The translations under genes were made by a program, and so were the position numbers. A DNA stretch of 60,592 bases, the filler included, from Circinaria calcarea (Eukaryota): the NCBI GenBank assembly GCA_051942165.1. It is 12 parts of 12 records of this genome, joined end to end, with 100 filler letters (N's around TTAATTAATTAA, not from the genome) between each part and the next. Parts side by side here need not be neighbours in the genome. Positions count along the whole stretch, not along the records: positions 45,561 to 50,508 come from JAVECS010002108.1; positions 50,609 to 55,550 come from JAVECS010002109.1; positions 55,651 to 60,592 come from JAVECS010002110.1; 9 more parts are not named here. One strand, written 5' to 3'. Positions 47,580-59,482 of the stretch are shown here, piece by piece (within the stretch, counting starts at the first letter, position 1; the number at the start of each line of letters is the position of its first letter). The notes below the pieces were generated by a model. The model did not search any database. It was not told where the DNA came from and worked only from the letters and a program-made list of their open reading frames with translations.

Positions 47580-50329
47580 AATCTATGACATTGTTGATAG
47601 TTGCCTTAAAAGGATAGATGGAGAAGTGAAGGTTCTCGGCAGAGAGGATGAAGAACTCGGAAGAGCAAAAGACATTCAGCTTGAAGAAATCTCTAAAAAA
47701 GAAAATCCCGATCGTATGCTTCTACTCTATGGAGTTGCTGGCTCTGGAATAACGAGACCTCTCGAATATTATCTTCATAAAAACTGGGGTATTATTTCTT
47801 CCCGGTAACCTGGATCTGACTACGCAAGGCAACTTGTACGACTTTCGATAAGAAGAACAAGAAGGGCGGATGGGCCAGAACGACTAGAAGGGCCGGATGG
47901 GCCAGAACGACTAGAAGGGCCGGATGGGCCAGAACGACTAGAAGGGCCGGATGGGCCAGAACGACTAGAAGGACCAGAAGCACTAAAGACATATTCAAAA
48001 GATTCGCGGTTTCTATGGAAATTAATTCAGAATATCGACAAAATCGCGCCTGGGATGGATATTCAGCACGTTTCAATTAGAGATTAGTCTCACCGTCTGA
48101 TATTATCACGCCATTTGATCTTGCATAGATTCCTTAGGGTTACCGGCAAGGCTGGGACACCTGCGAAATGGCTACGGTTTCAAAAGTCCTGTTCTACTAC
48201 TTTTGATCCTTTCGAGTCCGTATTTAGACTACTGTTACTGATCACCGGTGATTCTATGCACCCGACATTCTTGGATCACTTCAAACCCTATAACATCCGA
48301 GACCTATTCAGGGAACATGCATTCTACTTGTGCATTAATGAATCGCAATGCTATCTCGACACCATAGTTCCTGGCAGCAGTCACAGCGAAGACAATAACC
48401 TTTTTCGGCTGATTTCTGAAGATATTCTGATATGGCATCGCTATCAAATCCGCAATCTGAGATTCATCGTCTACGGAACGTCTCTGAAGTTAAAGAAGAC
48501 AACCCCAGTTATCGAGAAGACTATACAATTCCGAAAACCCGAGTGTAAGCCTACACCCACCAAATGTATATCGGTTACGGATTTCCTACTCCTAACAAGT
48601 GGTGAACAACTCAAGAATCTAATGGAAGAGCGTGGTCTTCTCGAGAAAATTGGATCGCATCTTGATCATGTTAAGAAGTGCGGTTTTCCGCTGCAGGGAC
48701 GATATCTGTGGTCAGCTCTATATTCGCGCCGCTTGGAGGACTCGGAGCTCGACCATTTGGATAAGAATACTACATCTAATGCAGCTGAGAAGACTCTTAA
48801 GGAAGCTAGTTGCCTTGAAGCAGAGGCTGACGCGGCTTCGGAGGGAGCAATACAGTGAAATGCTAGAGGAGCTATACTGGGTTGTTATTCAAAGCGATCT
48901 TCTGGATAGGCCGACAACGTTTGAAAAGGATGACGATCATCGGATGATTTCGGAAGCATTTGCGGTAGAGATAGTAGAGACAAAGGGAGAGTCTCTAGTA
49001 GGCGTTCTGACGGAACACCTTGCTATGGAGGCGGCCATCGAGTGGTTTCAAGAGGAGTGTTGGGATATGTATAGCGGTAACATACCAAAATATCTGCGTT
49101 TCTCAACGAACGATGCAAGCTATTTTGGGAAAGCTGCAGAGTAGTTTCTGGCTTTGGTAGGGATTGATATTCACATAAGATGAGATATATGCTAATCAAT
49201 TCGTAGGAATTGTGGAAATGTCTACATTATTCGGATCGCATGACTGGGTCGGAAGGTAAGAAACGCCGTGAACAGATTCTTTCGATACATTCTAAGGCTA
49301 GTATAGACGGCAAAGAGCTAGAAAACCTCCAGAGCTTAACTTGACATACACACACCGCCCGGTCGAAGGGGGAAAAATTGGTTATGTACACGATGGAATC
49401 AAGAGTAACAGCTCTGATAGCGGGTTTGTAATAGATTATCGTCACTGTTGAGTCTTGCTAATCTTCATTATTAGAGAAACTCCTATACAAATCTCGGAAT
49501 GGATGAGATCTATCCGGGAGGTTGAACGACCAGTAGCTAGCTTCTACTTCCCCGACAATCTTGCTGGACCAGATATCCTCCTTTCGTTAGAATCGAAAGA
49601 GTTATGCTCCGGCAATCAAAGAATCCTATGTGTTATGCAGGTGAGTTTGGGACCGAACGCAGAAGCTAATGGTTCACTGACATTCGTGCGCTTGAAAGCT
49701 AAAGATAGGGTCTAAATTAGAGCTTGAGGACATCAAGAAAGTGATCAAGACGACGAATTTATGGATGTCATATCAAGGCTCCAATCTGAATGGACCTCGG
49801 GATAAGAGTAGGAACGAATTATATGAAGAGCTCGAGCAGTGGGAGAATATATTAATTATTCGGATTCTGGTCTGCACGGCAACCAGTTACAAACGAAATC
49901 TCGCGGAGCTTTTGGAGGCGGTACCGAAGATAGAAACCGTCAACTGTTCTATTATGCGACAAAGATGGCACGGAAGGCCTTTTTGGTGAAACGTTTGCAA
50001 AGTTGGCAAAAGCGATGAAATCTCAGAAAGTATCGGAGAAGGAGCTTATTGAAATATGCGGGAAAGGGATGCACGAAGAAGATACGACGAGCGGCACTAC
50101 TCAAAGCCTACCCGCACAGGCGAAAGAAGGGATGCCCGAAGAAGATGCAAGGGGAAGTAAAAGAATAGAACGAGAAAATACGACGAGCAGCACCACTCAA
50201 AGCCTACCCATACAGGCGAAATTATGGAAGCCCGAAGAAGATACGAAGGGTAGGAAAAGGATGCACAAAGAAGATACGACGATCAGGAAAAGGAGAAAGC
50301 ATAGGAGGCTGGCGCCTAGGTATTTATAA
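47580..50329 (+). pseudogene. Decayed large gene with P-loop NTPase-like and PD-(D/E)xK-like segments (Crinkler-related architecture, tentative)
   Basis: Colinear fragments LLLYGVAGSGITR (Walker A-like, K>I), FYLCINESQ (Walker B-like), FIVYGTSL, LQGRYLWS, FGKAAE*FLAL, FYFPDNLAGPDILL..ILCVMQ; multiple frameshifts and TAG at 49142. Confidence 0.5.
47860..47966 (+). repeat. 4 x 27-bp tandem repeat (EGPDGPERL); first copy lacks one C
   Basis: agaagggccggatgggccagaacgact at 47886, 47913 and 47940, with a 26-bp variant at 47860. Confidence 0.95.
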
Positions 50330-50508
50330 CTTCCCGAGTTCTGACCATTTTGTGTTATCCAAGTATTCAACACCAGAATGCTTCCAACATCAAAGTCATT
50401 TCACCGTATTTCACCCATAGAGTTCATCTGCTTCGAAACCCGGGAACGAGGCAGCAAAGCCAGTTCAGGCTCCTTCCGACTTTTCCTGCCTGCCCTCCCC
50501 CTTTCTAC

Positions 50509-50608
50509 NNNNNNNNNNNNNNNNNNNNNNNNNNNNNNNNNNNNNNNNNNNNTTAATTAATTAANNNNNNNNNNNNNNNNNNNNNNNNNNNNNNNNNNNN
50601 NNNNNNNN
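50509..50608. other. Artificial contig linker
   Basis: N44-TTAATTAATTAA-N44. Confidence 0.99.
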
Positions 50609-50942
50609 ATTATTAACTATGGGGATAATCAAAATCGGGATGTTTAGGGTAGGGTACTTACTGCTGTCCCCGCGCCCGCGTGCCCGGGCGAAAATAGTTG
50701 GGGGGTTTGGATGCGAAGCGTAGGAGTATGAGTTATGAGTATGAGCCACGAGCTACGGGGATGAGCTGCGGGGATGAGGACGAGTGTGAAGGCTAGGTTG
50801 GGAGTACAAGGTACAAAACAAAACCAGAGGTAAGGAGATGATTCGGTGAACCCATCGCCCGAGGCGGGGGGGTGCGGGGGGGTTAAACCACAGGTCGTTA
50901 TGGTAATCAGATCACCGCTTACCGGCACGGCGAGATAGGAGA

Positions 50943-51006
50943 AAGCAAAAAGCAAAAAGCAAAAAGCAAAAAGCCGCATGGGTGTGTGGGTGTGTGGGTG
51001 TGTGGG
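50943..51006. repeat. Adjacent microsatellites (AGCAAAA)~4 and (GGGTGTGT)3
   Basis: Read directly from the sequence. Confidence 0.85.
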
Positions 51007-53324
51007 AAAGGAGAACTGTGACGATTTTCTTCTCCTACGGAAATGAGGGACGTTGTCCGCGAGTAAAAATGGCGATGGCGATGGCCGCGGTATCTATGGG
51101 GAGAATTTGCTCGGCGGATTATCTGGACCTGGATACATACGGGTATGAGAGAGTATGCGTGGAAGATTGAGGTTCGATTTTGATATGCGTTTTATTTTAC
51201 CCTGGCCCCTCGCCATGTTGATATGTACTAGATTTTTTTTCAAAGCGGTGGAGAATTTCGGATTCCATATTCTCCTAAGCTGATCATCTACAAACGAAAC
51301 CCTCCTCCTCCTCGCTCTTTGGTTCACCTCGGATATATTTTCTTCTTAAGGAAGGATCTTGTATGTAAAAGTAATAGTAGTGTTTACCCTCGGTCATACT
51401 GTAGCTTATATTTCTATCATGCGAAGGAAGGAGCAGGTTAGCTAGCGAGCTAAGGTCTAAAGGGCCTTAAAGCCTATCTTCGAGCTATAGGTAGCAAAAT
51501 GGCAATTCCATCACTGTTTTGCATGATGCTTGCACTCCCCTCAAAATCCACCATAGAGCTGGGCAGTGAACCTCAAAACCCCTCACGGCTCTTTCAACCC
51601 TCGTCTCCGTTTGAAGTTTCTGATACCCTCCTCCTTCTCATTTCCGCCTCTACAATCCCCCATTCTTATCCTCATCCTAGTCCTTCCGACTTCGTTTTTG
51701 TGAAACTTAGAAACATAAAGTCCTCTATGCTCTGGAGACTGACGGGTCTCTTGATCTGTGGGATTTCCCCAGTGAGAGAAGTGGCTTCGAAGGTTGGGTT
51801 ATTTGAAAGAGAGGATTCTGCCGATGATACACGGGGGAGACGGGGGCGATGTGGTTGAGGTTGATATTTTCCTTTTGTTGCCAATGATAGGGGAGAATAG
51901 CTCATTGCTCTCATAAAACTGGGCTGTCTCCTCTGAGAATACTCAAACCTCCGCATCCAATACAGCCATGGTATTGAGTAAAGGCTGATTATTTATAAGA
52001 AATGGCGTGGTCAAGTGAGACCAGGCTGTCAGGCGAGATGAGGAGGTCAAGCGAGATGAGAAGGTTATGAAGTGTTACAAGTCTTTGGCACTCGAAGATC
52101 TGGACTTTGCTGTGAGATATTGTGGTAGTTAGAGGGTTTAGCTAAATTTTATAAGAGGTTTTTTGTATAAGGGAGCCCGATACCGATACCTTAAGCCTAA
52201 TAGCCTAAAGGCCAAGTGGCAGGTCTACCATGCTCACGCTGAATCCGCCCCTCTGTATTGGCCAGTAAAGGTCCACTAATTAGGAGGTTCAGGTTTTTTT
52301 TGTTAGAGGTTTGTTATGCACGGCAGCCCGGCGAGGATACTCTAAGTCAGATGTCGTAATATCCGGGTGGTAGGCGTAGAATCTATGCCCACATATTGGC
52401 CAGAAGAGGTCCATTAGTATAACATAGCTCAATTGTAGAATAATACTGGAGCCATGTAAGGCTAGGTCCAGTTTCTTGATGGCAGTGTATTCTATTGGCT
52501 TGGAGTAAAATTCTCCGAACATAACAAAAAATCACTAAACCTCCTAAGTAACGTACTGTTTGAAAGAATAAATTGTACACTTTTCGGGAATTTACAATTC
52601 TGATATAATTCTTAAAGCTAATCTTTTCATTTGTCCATAATGCCTGCGTTAATATAATTCTGCGGCGCGAGATTAAAGACTAAAAACACGTGCATTACCT
52701 ATGAAAAGCCCTCGAGGGGTCCATACACGGGATTATTATCGTCTTAACCCTTTACAGACTACGGTAAGATTAGCCTCTAACCCGACCGAGGCATCTTTTC
52801 CCACGACAAGAAAACGGCATGGCGGTATTCTTCTCCGGGTCTAGAGGGAGAGGGTTATGCCCAATTGTATGAATATCTTGAATCCCTTCGGACGCGTACA
52901 TATGAACCTTCGGTTTTCAATGAGCAATCCATGCTCGTCAGTGGCGCTACGCTCGTTGGAGACAATGAATCCATATACTTAACCGACCTTCATCAACGGC
53001 AACTAATCGAAACAGCACTAATCGAGGGGCACCGGTGGGGCTCTCTTGACATGCGAGAACCAACTCACGTCCTGCCCCTCCCTATATATTCTGTCAACCT
53101 CCTCGCACCGTCACGCACTCGTCCGATTTGATCGGCCTTTTCATATCTTCAGTTCCATCTGCCAGAACTCATCAGGGAAGATTACATACGCATTGTATGC
53201 AGATACCTTCCCCTCTATCCCCATCTCCTCACTCTACCTATCCATCCCTGCTTTTGAGACCGTCTGCTAATGATGAGTACCTGATCAGCAAAGAAGCCAG
53301 AGCAACTCCATCCAAGTGCAAAAA

Positions 53325-53885
53325 ATGTCTGCCACCGAGTCTAGCGGGCCGACAGCCTTCAAGCACTACGCACAAGCTCAGACAACGTTCAAACCCCCTG
53401 TGATTGCCAATGACAACGCCTTTCTCGGAGACATCTTCTCCAGGTCTCTTTCCCCATCCCTTTGCCTTCCCCCGGCCCTTTCTCCCTCTCCCTCTTCCAA
53501 GCCAATATTCTCGGTCCCCAACTCCATTCCCACCAATCCCCTACCCTCACTAACGCCTCCAAAGCCAAGACCTCTCCCCCGACGCTCCCATCTCCTGTGG
53601 AATCTACCGCCTCGAAGCCGGCACGCCCCTCGAGTACACCTACACCTACCACGAGATGAAAATCATCCTGGACGGCGAGTTTGAAATTTCGGACGAGACG
53701 GGGCAGAAGGTACACGCGACCAAAGGGGATGTGTTTTATTTCCCCAAGGGGGCTAAGATCAAGTTTGAGACGAAAACGTTTGGGTTGGGCTTTTATACTG
53801 GACAGGTAAGTCTTATCGTGGCGGAGATGGAAAGTAGGATATCAGCTGACTTGTGGGATGATAGAGAAAGGAAGGCAGCGCGTGA
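53325..53885 (+). CDS. EutQ-like cupin protein
   Basis: Exons 53325..53443, 53565..53805 and 53865..53885: ..PPVIANDNAFLGDIFS/SQDLSPDAPISCGIYRLEAGTPLEYTYTYHEMKIILDGEFEISDETGQKVHATKGDVFYFPKG..FYTGQ/RKEGSA*. Confidence 0.88.
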
Positions 53886-55550
53886 GTCCCAAAGTGGGAA
53901 ATGTTATTTGATGAATGATGAACGGTCTACATTGTACCAAGATCTGTGGTCACAGATGGTTAGGCCATAGTTCCACTACACATCTAAACCGAACCAAATA
54001 ATCAAATCAATCTCCATATGTCAATATTTTGTTGGAATGTGGTGGTGGGTAACACTGATTTCATGCAGAAGTTCTTGAGAATCAGCGCATTCTACGCAGA
54101 GCATTCCCGCAGGGTTCTTTGAAGCCTTTATACATCCGTTTGCTGTTCTGCATCAAATTGGGCAAGCTACAGGGTCATGACTATCATAAACAAGGCCATA
54201 AGCCCATCGTAATTTCGATAGCTTCATCTCATTCCACTTCCCTTTTTCCAAATGCTCAGTTCAGGCACAACGTGACCAGAAAGCATTTCATCATGTTCAT
54301 CCTGTCAAACCGTCAACCATTCCGTCTTGTTCCTTCTTGCCCACTCAGTCTGTTGTAATGAAACATCTGGTATGGCTACACGAAGCCGCGAAGCAAAACT
54401 CCGTGTAGTGACAGCTCCATGCCACCCAATATCAAACCATTGCATATATTTCGCCCTACCCCGCTTTCAGCATCCGAAGCTCCCCCCGACCCTGGGGCTT
54501 ATGCCAAGAAAACTAAACATCCTCGAATCAATTATCCCCCTTTTTCCCCCCCTGGGGTTTTGATATTGTATTCCGCACATCTCAGTTTCAAAGACAGAAA
54601 AGACCAGAATCCTTCATTCAGCCTTTTCCCAATCAATCCCCGTGCCGTGCGTGCAGCGCCGTGCCCGTGTTTGCCATGTGGCGTTTTGGGGAAAAATCCG
54701 GATTCACGGCATTGTACGACAAAAGCAGAGGTAAGAGGGAAAGCTAGGGGTATGGTTGAATGTCCTTTCCAATAGGGATTTTTTCGGTCTCTTTTCGGGG
54801 AGATTTGATGGTGGGGGACCGTGTTGGAAAGTGTGAAACGGATCCTTCGGCCCCCTTTATTTTTTTGGGGGGGGTTTCTTCGAAAGAACAACGCTCGAGG
54901 GATTTTTTTTCTTCTTCTCTTCTCTTCTCTCCCGGCCTGGATACGGATATCAATGAGGAAACGGGGTTTTCTCGTCGTGGAGGAGGCGGGTTGGTTTAGC
55001 TGCTACTACGGTGCTCAGCTAATGGACAAGGTGCGGGAATATGTGGCTTGAGGATTGAGAGGCTTTAGTCCCTCTGGTTAGGGGAGAGTATTCGGGGATA
55101 AGGTAGAGTGGTGGGTCTGTCTCCTGAGCGAAGCCTTGGCTAGGAGGAACTACACTGAATCTTCACAGTCTCTGGCTTTTTTGGCTGTCATTTATTGGTT
55201 TTTTCTTTATGGCGGGTTGGGGGGGGAATGTTCTTGCGTTTGTATGATTTCTGTTCTTTGTATATGGGGAGTAGGGCAGTCTATGCTCAGTATCTGGAGG
55301 TCGATGGGCTCTGGTAGCGCTTTCTCTTCTCTTTTCTTCTTCTCTTTTCTTCTTCTCTTCTCTTCTTCCTCTCTCTGCCTCGTACTTCGTTTCTCTGTCT
55401 CCGTTTCTAATTAGCAGTCACACTCTTAGCGACATCAATCCCCCGATCGTGGGGGAGCAGATGACTGTGTGTGCCGACCCGTCTCGGGGTACGTTACACC
55501 TATCTGAAAATTTGCACATCATTTATCCCTTCGACTCCCCCAACCCCAGC

Positions 55551-55650
55551 NNNNNNNNNNNNNNNNNNNNNNNNNNNNNNNNNNNNNNNNNNNNTTAATT
55601 AATTAANNNNNNNNNNNNNNNNNNNNNNNNNNNNNNNNNNNNNNNNNNNN
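55551..55650. other. Artificial contig linker
   Basis: N44-TTAATTAATTAA-N44. Confidence 0.99.
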
Positions 55651-55800
55651 ACTAGGCCGAAAAGCGTAAGAAACTAAACCCTTTACGGCCACTTTAAGTG
55701 TTCTGCTGAGACTCCGGTAGAATTTTGCTCGGATCGGACCGGGTCGTGCCCAGATTTATAACCCTTCAACTTCGTTCCTCGTTTCAGGGCATTTAACAGC

Positions 55801-55931
55801 AACACTATATAAGACGTTGGAGAAGTAACAGACGGGAAGACTACTAAAGACCCCTATACCACTTCCAAGCTGTATACTCCCGAGAAGGGTCGCCTTGATA
55901 TTTATATGTGATACTTTAAATACTGACTGAG
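55801..55931. repeat. Dispersed direct repeat, copy A (about 130 bp)
   Basis: Core 55853..55931 aligns to 58113..58192 with 10 substitutions and 1 indel; weaker similarity extends about 50 bp upstream. Confidence 0.85.
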
Positions 55932-56148
55932 GCTAGAAATACCAAGACCAGTCATTCGCCGTGATTTATGAGTCAGTGCCGCCGCACGTGCTTTCTACGG
56001 AGTATACTTCCCAATCAGCTTTCCTGATTTCTGGTGGGATTTTGGTTCTTTTCCTTATCTTTTCCTTCTTTTTCTATTACTAGACATCCTTCCACTACAC
56101 CAAGCTTACGTGAAATCACTATATTTTCTTTTTCCCCATTTAATAGGA

Positions 56149-57596
56149 ATGGCAGACCTCACCAATCTTTTCCAAACACTCGAGGAGAAGTATGACTTTC
56201 CAGAAGGTAAATTCGTCAAAGATAAGCGCTTCGAGGTGTTGGCACAACATTCAAGCTCACAACTGTGGCTCATGGCGAGTATTCCCAAGGAACATGATGG
56301 TTATGACACCTACATTGCAAAGGATAAGCTGTCAGTTCATCCCCGATTTTCCTCCTGTCTGGCCAGAGCACTATGTTCAAGCCTTTAAGGTCCTCCAAGT
56401 GCGTTCTACTCCGAATTCATGGACTCAAAACATCAACCCTAGCCGAAACTCAACACGAGCTTGCAGTCTTAAAAACGCTCCAAGGCGTTTCGGATGCCAG
56501 CGCACATATTCTTATACCGTTGGAAACTTTTTGGATTGAAGCCTCCTCCGGCCGGTATCTCTGCTGGGTGCTCGAACTCATAGGACCAGACTTCGAGTAC
56601 CTCGTAGAATCCGGGCCAGAGGGTAGCTTATATCCGGCAGCGATGGTGTGGAAGTTAGCCAAGCAGGCGCTCGAGACACTTGCTTTTCTGCATTCAAATA
56701 GCATTTGTCACGGATGTAAGCTACTTCAATGCACACGCGAAGGCTCAGTGCGTGCTCTCTTATACTTTATACAGATATACAGCGAGCATCTCTAGTCCTG
56801 ACCTACCCTCATCTCGACAGTTCCGACATAGCAGGCGTTATAAGCTTTTATGATCAGTCAAACATTGACCCGGAGATGCTCAGCGAAACTTGTACTGCCA
56901 AAGAAGACGAGTCAGACAGGCTTGATTTCAGCGTGAAGCTCACACGTTTGGTCAAAGGTAAGTCTACTAAGACCTTGATTCCCCACCGATCTTAAACGCG
57001 CAAACGTAGCTTTCCCGGTACCCAAGAACAAAGCTGGGCCAAAAGCGCCTAGCTATATCCATTTTGGGCCGCCTCCCCCCGAGCTCCTCTTCGATCATGT
57101 GGTCAAATCATCGGTCGATATTTGGAACCTGGCCGTTATTGTAAGTCCAGTCTTCCTCACACCTACCACGTGCTAAGCCACTACAACATCTCATTTACCT
57201 CTAACTCACTGAACATACACATAGCTCACAGACATCGCCGCCAACCAATACGAGTTTACCACTCTCCTCTCTAGCAAATTCCTCGGTGGCTCCGGCAGTG
57301 CCCGCGACAAGCTCCTCTACACACGGCGCTACCTCGGCCAACTGCCACCAAAGTATCTTGAAAAGGTCCCGCACGGTGGAAAATACATTGGCCAGTTTGA
57401 TGATAATGCCCTTTTCTCTGAAATCACGCAGAATCCCTTTGCGCCAGACAAGCAGGTATTACGGGACGAGGAGTATGAGATACTGGTGCGGCTATTGAGA
57501 AAGATGCTGGCGTATGATCCTGCGGAGAGGTATACGGCCCAGGAGGCGCTCCAGGATGAATTTTTCAAGGTGAAGAGACCAGTGGGGGAATGCTGA
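56149..57596 (+). CDS. SRPK-like (CMGC) kinase-fold protein, predicted pseudokinase
   Basis: Exons 56149..56330, 56390..56715, 56775..56957, 57010..57140 and 57225..57596 give an unbroken 397-aa frame; kinase scaffold visible (YLCWVLELIGP, KQALETLAFLHSNSICHG, PPELL, VDIWNLAVI, LLRKMLAYDPAERYTAQEALQDEFF). Confidence 0.8.
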
Positions 57597-58055
57597 TCGC
57601 GTAAAGATGGTTGCAAATGCGTGGGGCTATGGTGATTGAGCTGGCCGATTATTAGTTCTCATTCCATAATACTTCATCTGTCGTATCATATTTGGTTTTT
57701 CTATATTACAAAATAACCGCCTATCTTTAAAAAATAAAAATAAAACAGATGTCACCACCAGCATCACCACCAGCATCACCACCAGCGTTCATTTTATTAA
57801 TAACCTCTCTCGATCTCTCTTAGTGCGTATACTCATAAATGTCGCCAAGTAGTACAACTCTCGGGTTCAATTAATAAATTCGTTAAATTTGTTTCTTTCT
57901 TTCTTACTGCTCCCCATCTTAGAATAGAGCCCACGACGAAATGGGAGTTACCATACGAATGCCTTTAGTTAGGGTGTGAGGAGATTGCCCAGTTCCTTTG
58001 AATCTAGGTCGTATCTAAAGGAATGACGCTTAATTTAGTTACATATTATAATATT

Positions 58056-58192
58056 AATGCTACATAAGACATGGAGAGCAATGGACGGGAAATGAACAAA
58101 GGCCGAAATAATCCTATACCTCTTCTAAGCTGTATACCCTCGGGAAGGGTTACCTTGATATTTCATATGTAATACTCTAAACACTGACTGAG
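58056..58192. repeat. Dispersed direct repeat, copy B
   Basis: Counterpart of 55801..55931. Confidence 0.85.
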
Positions 58193-58393
58193 CATATTCC
58201 TGTATTCTCCGACTAAGAGACAGTTTTACTAGACGACAAAGGGAGAAGAAAGGCAAATTTCCAAGCAGCCAGCCTCTTTGATAGAGCCAGAAAAAGAGGG
58301 TAAACGAGAACTCCAGCAGGAAACAAGGGGAAGAAACATGAACGAAAAACACTCTCGTTCCTCCACCCGAAACCCAGGTATAACCAAAGCACC

Positions 58394-59349
58394 ATGAAAA
58401 GAAACTTTTCCATCATTAACCCTATTGCCAACCCTAAGTCTGCCGCATAATCCTCTACCACCTTCGAACCCTTTTGGCTCTTTACCCGCAGCGACCTCAG
58501 AACAATCGTTTACCCGGAAACCGCCTTCGGGATTCTCTCCGCCATCGCCGGCCCCACCCTCACCACCAACTCCCTCCCACACCTCCTCCCCACCCTGCTG
58601 CGGACCCCCAAGGTCCTCCTCTGGAACTGGCTCAAGCTCCTCATTTTTCGACATCGCCCAAGCAACGCCTCCCGGCCTCCGTGGTCGAAGACCGCCTCAA
58701 CAAACCCTGGCGGGCCATCCCTTCGGGCCGTATCTCGGAGCCCCAGGCGAAACGCGTGCTGTTCCTGGTCCTGCCGCTCGTGGTGACGGCGACGCTGTGC
58801 CTGGGGAGTTCGGAGGAGGCGGTGCTGATGATGGTGCTGGATTGGATGTACAACGACCTCGGGGGCGCGGATGAGCACTACGTGGTGAGGAACATCGTGA
58901 ACGCGTTAGGGTTCGTGTGCTACAGTTCAGGTTCCCTGCGCATCGCGAGCGGATACCCAGAAATCAAACTGAACGGGTCGGCGTATAGCTGGCTGGCGAT
59001 GGTGTTCTTGATTGTGGCGTCGACCCTGCAGATCCAGGATCTCCCTGACCAGGAAGGTGACCGAGCGAGGAATCGGAGCACCGCTCCTCTAGTACTGGGC
59101 CACGAGTGGGCTCGATGGACCGTTGCGGTTCCTGTGCTTGCCTGGTCGTTTCTCTGCCCTTTGTTCTTGAGTGTTAATATCTATGCGTATATTCTGCCTG
59201 TCGTGGTCGGGGGATATCTTGCTGGGAGAGTTTTGTGTCTACGAAGCGTGGCGGCGGATGAGACATCATGGAAAACATGGTGTGTGTGGACGGGAACACT
59301 TTACCTTCTGCCGTTGGCGAAGGAGTACGGCGTCTTCTTTCGGCCTTAG
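58394..59349 (+). CDS. UbiA-superfamily membrane prenyltransferase/terpene cyclase (Fma-TC-like); 5' part frameshifted (pseudogene or sequencing error)
   Basis: QRLPASVVEDRLNKPWRAIPSGR, WMYNDLGG, QIQDLPDQEGDRARNRST; the N-terminal LYHLRTL/WLFTRSDLRTIV..LLWNWL appears only after removing single bases near 58474, 58646 and 58659. Confidence 0.8.
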
Positions 59350-59482
59350 AATATGGCTCAACGCATAGAGTAGAAACTTGATCTTGTAGCGATACATTTT
59401 AGAGGATTTTGGTGCGTACCTTTGGTACGGGTACATTGTATTTAGAGGAATCAATTAAGGCCTTAAATAAAAGATCCAAGTT

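Noticed and set aside
54100..55550. Short ORFs and a possible C/D-box snoRNA (minus-strand ATGATGA...CTGA near 54260-54295)
   Set aside because: The ORFs are low-complexity with no motifs; the box spacing is too short and there is no terminal stem or identifiable guide
4968..55650. Regularly spaced TTAATTAATTAA palindromes as a biological repeat or CRISPR-like array
   Set aside because: Always centred in exactly 88 Ns; a synthetic six-frame-stop linker
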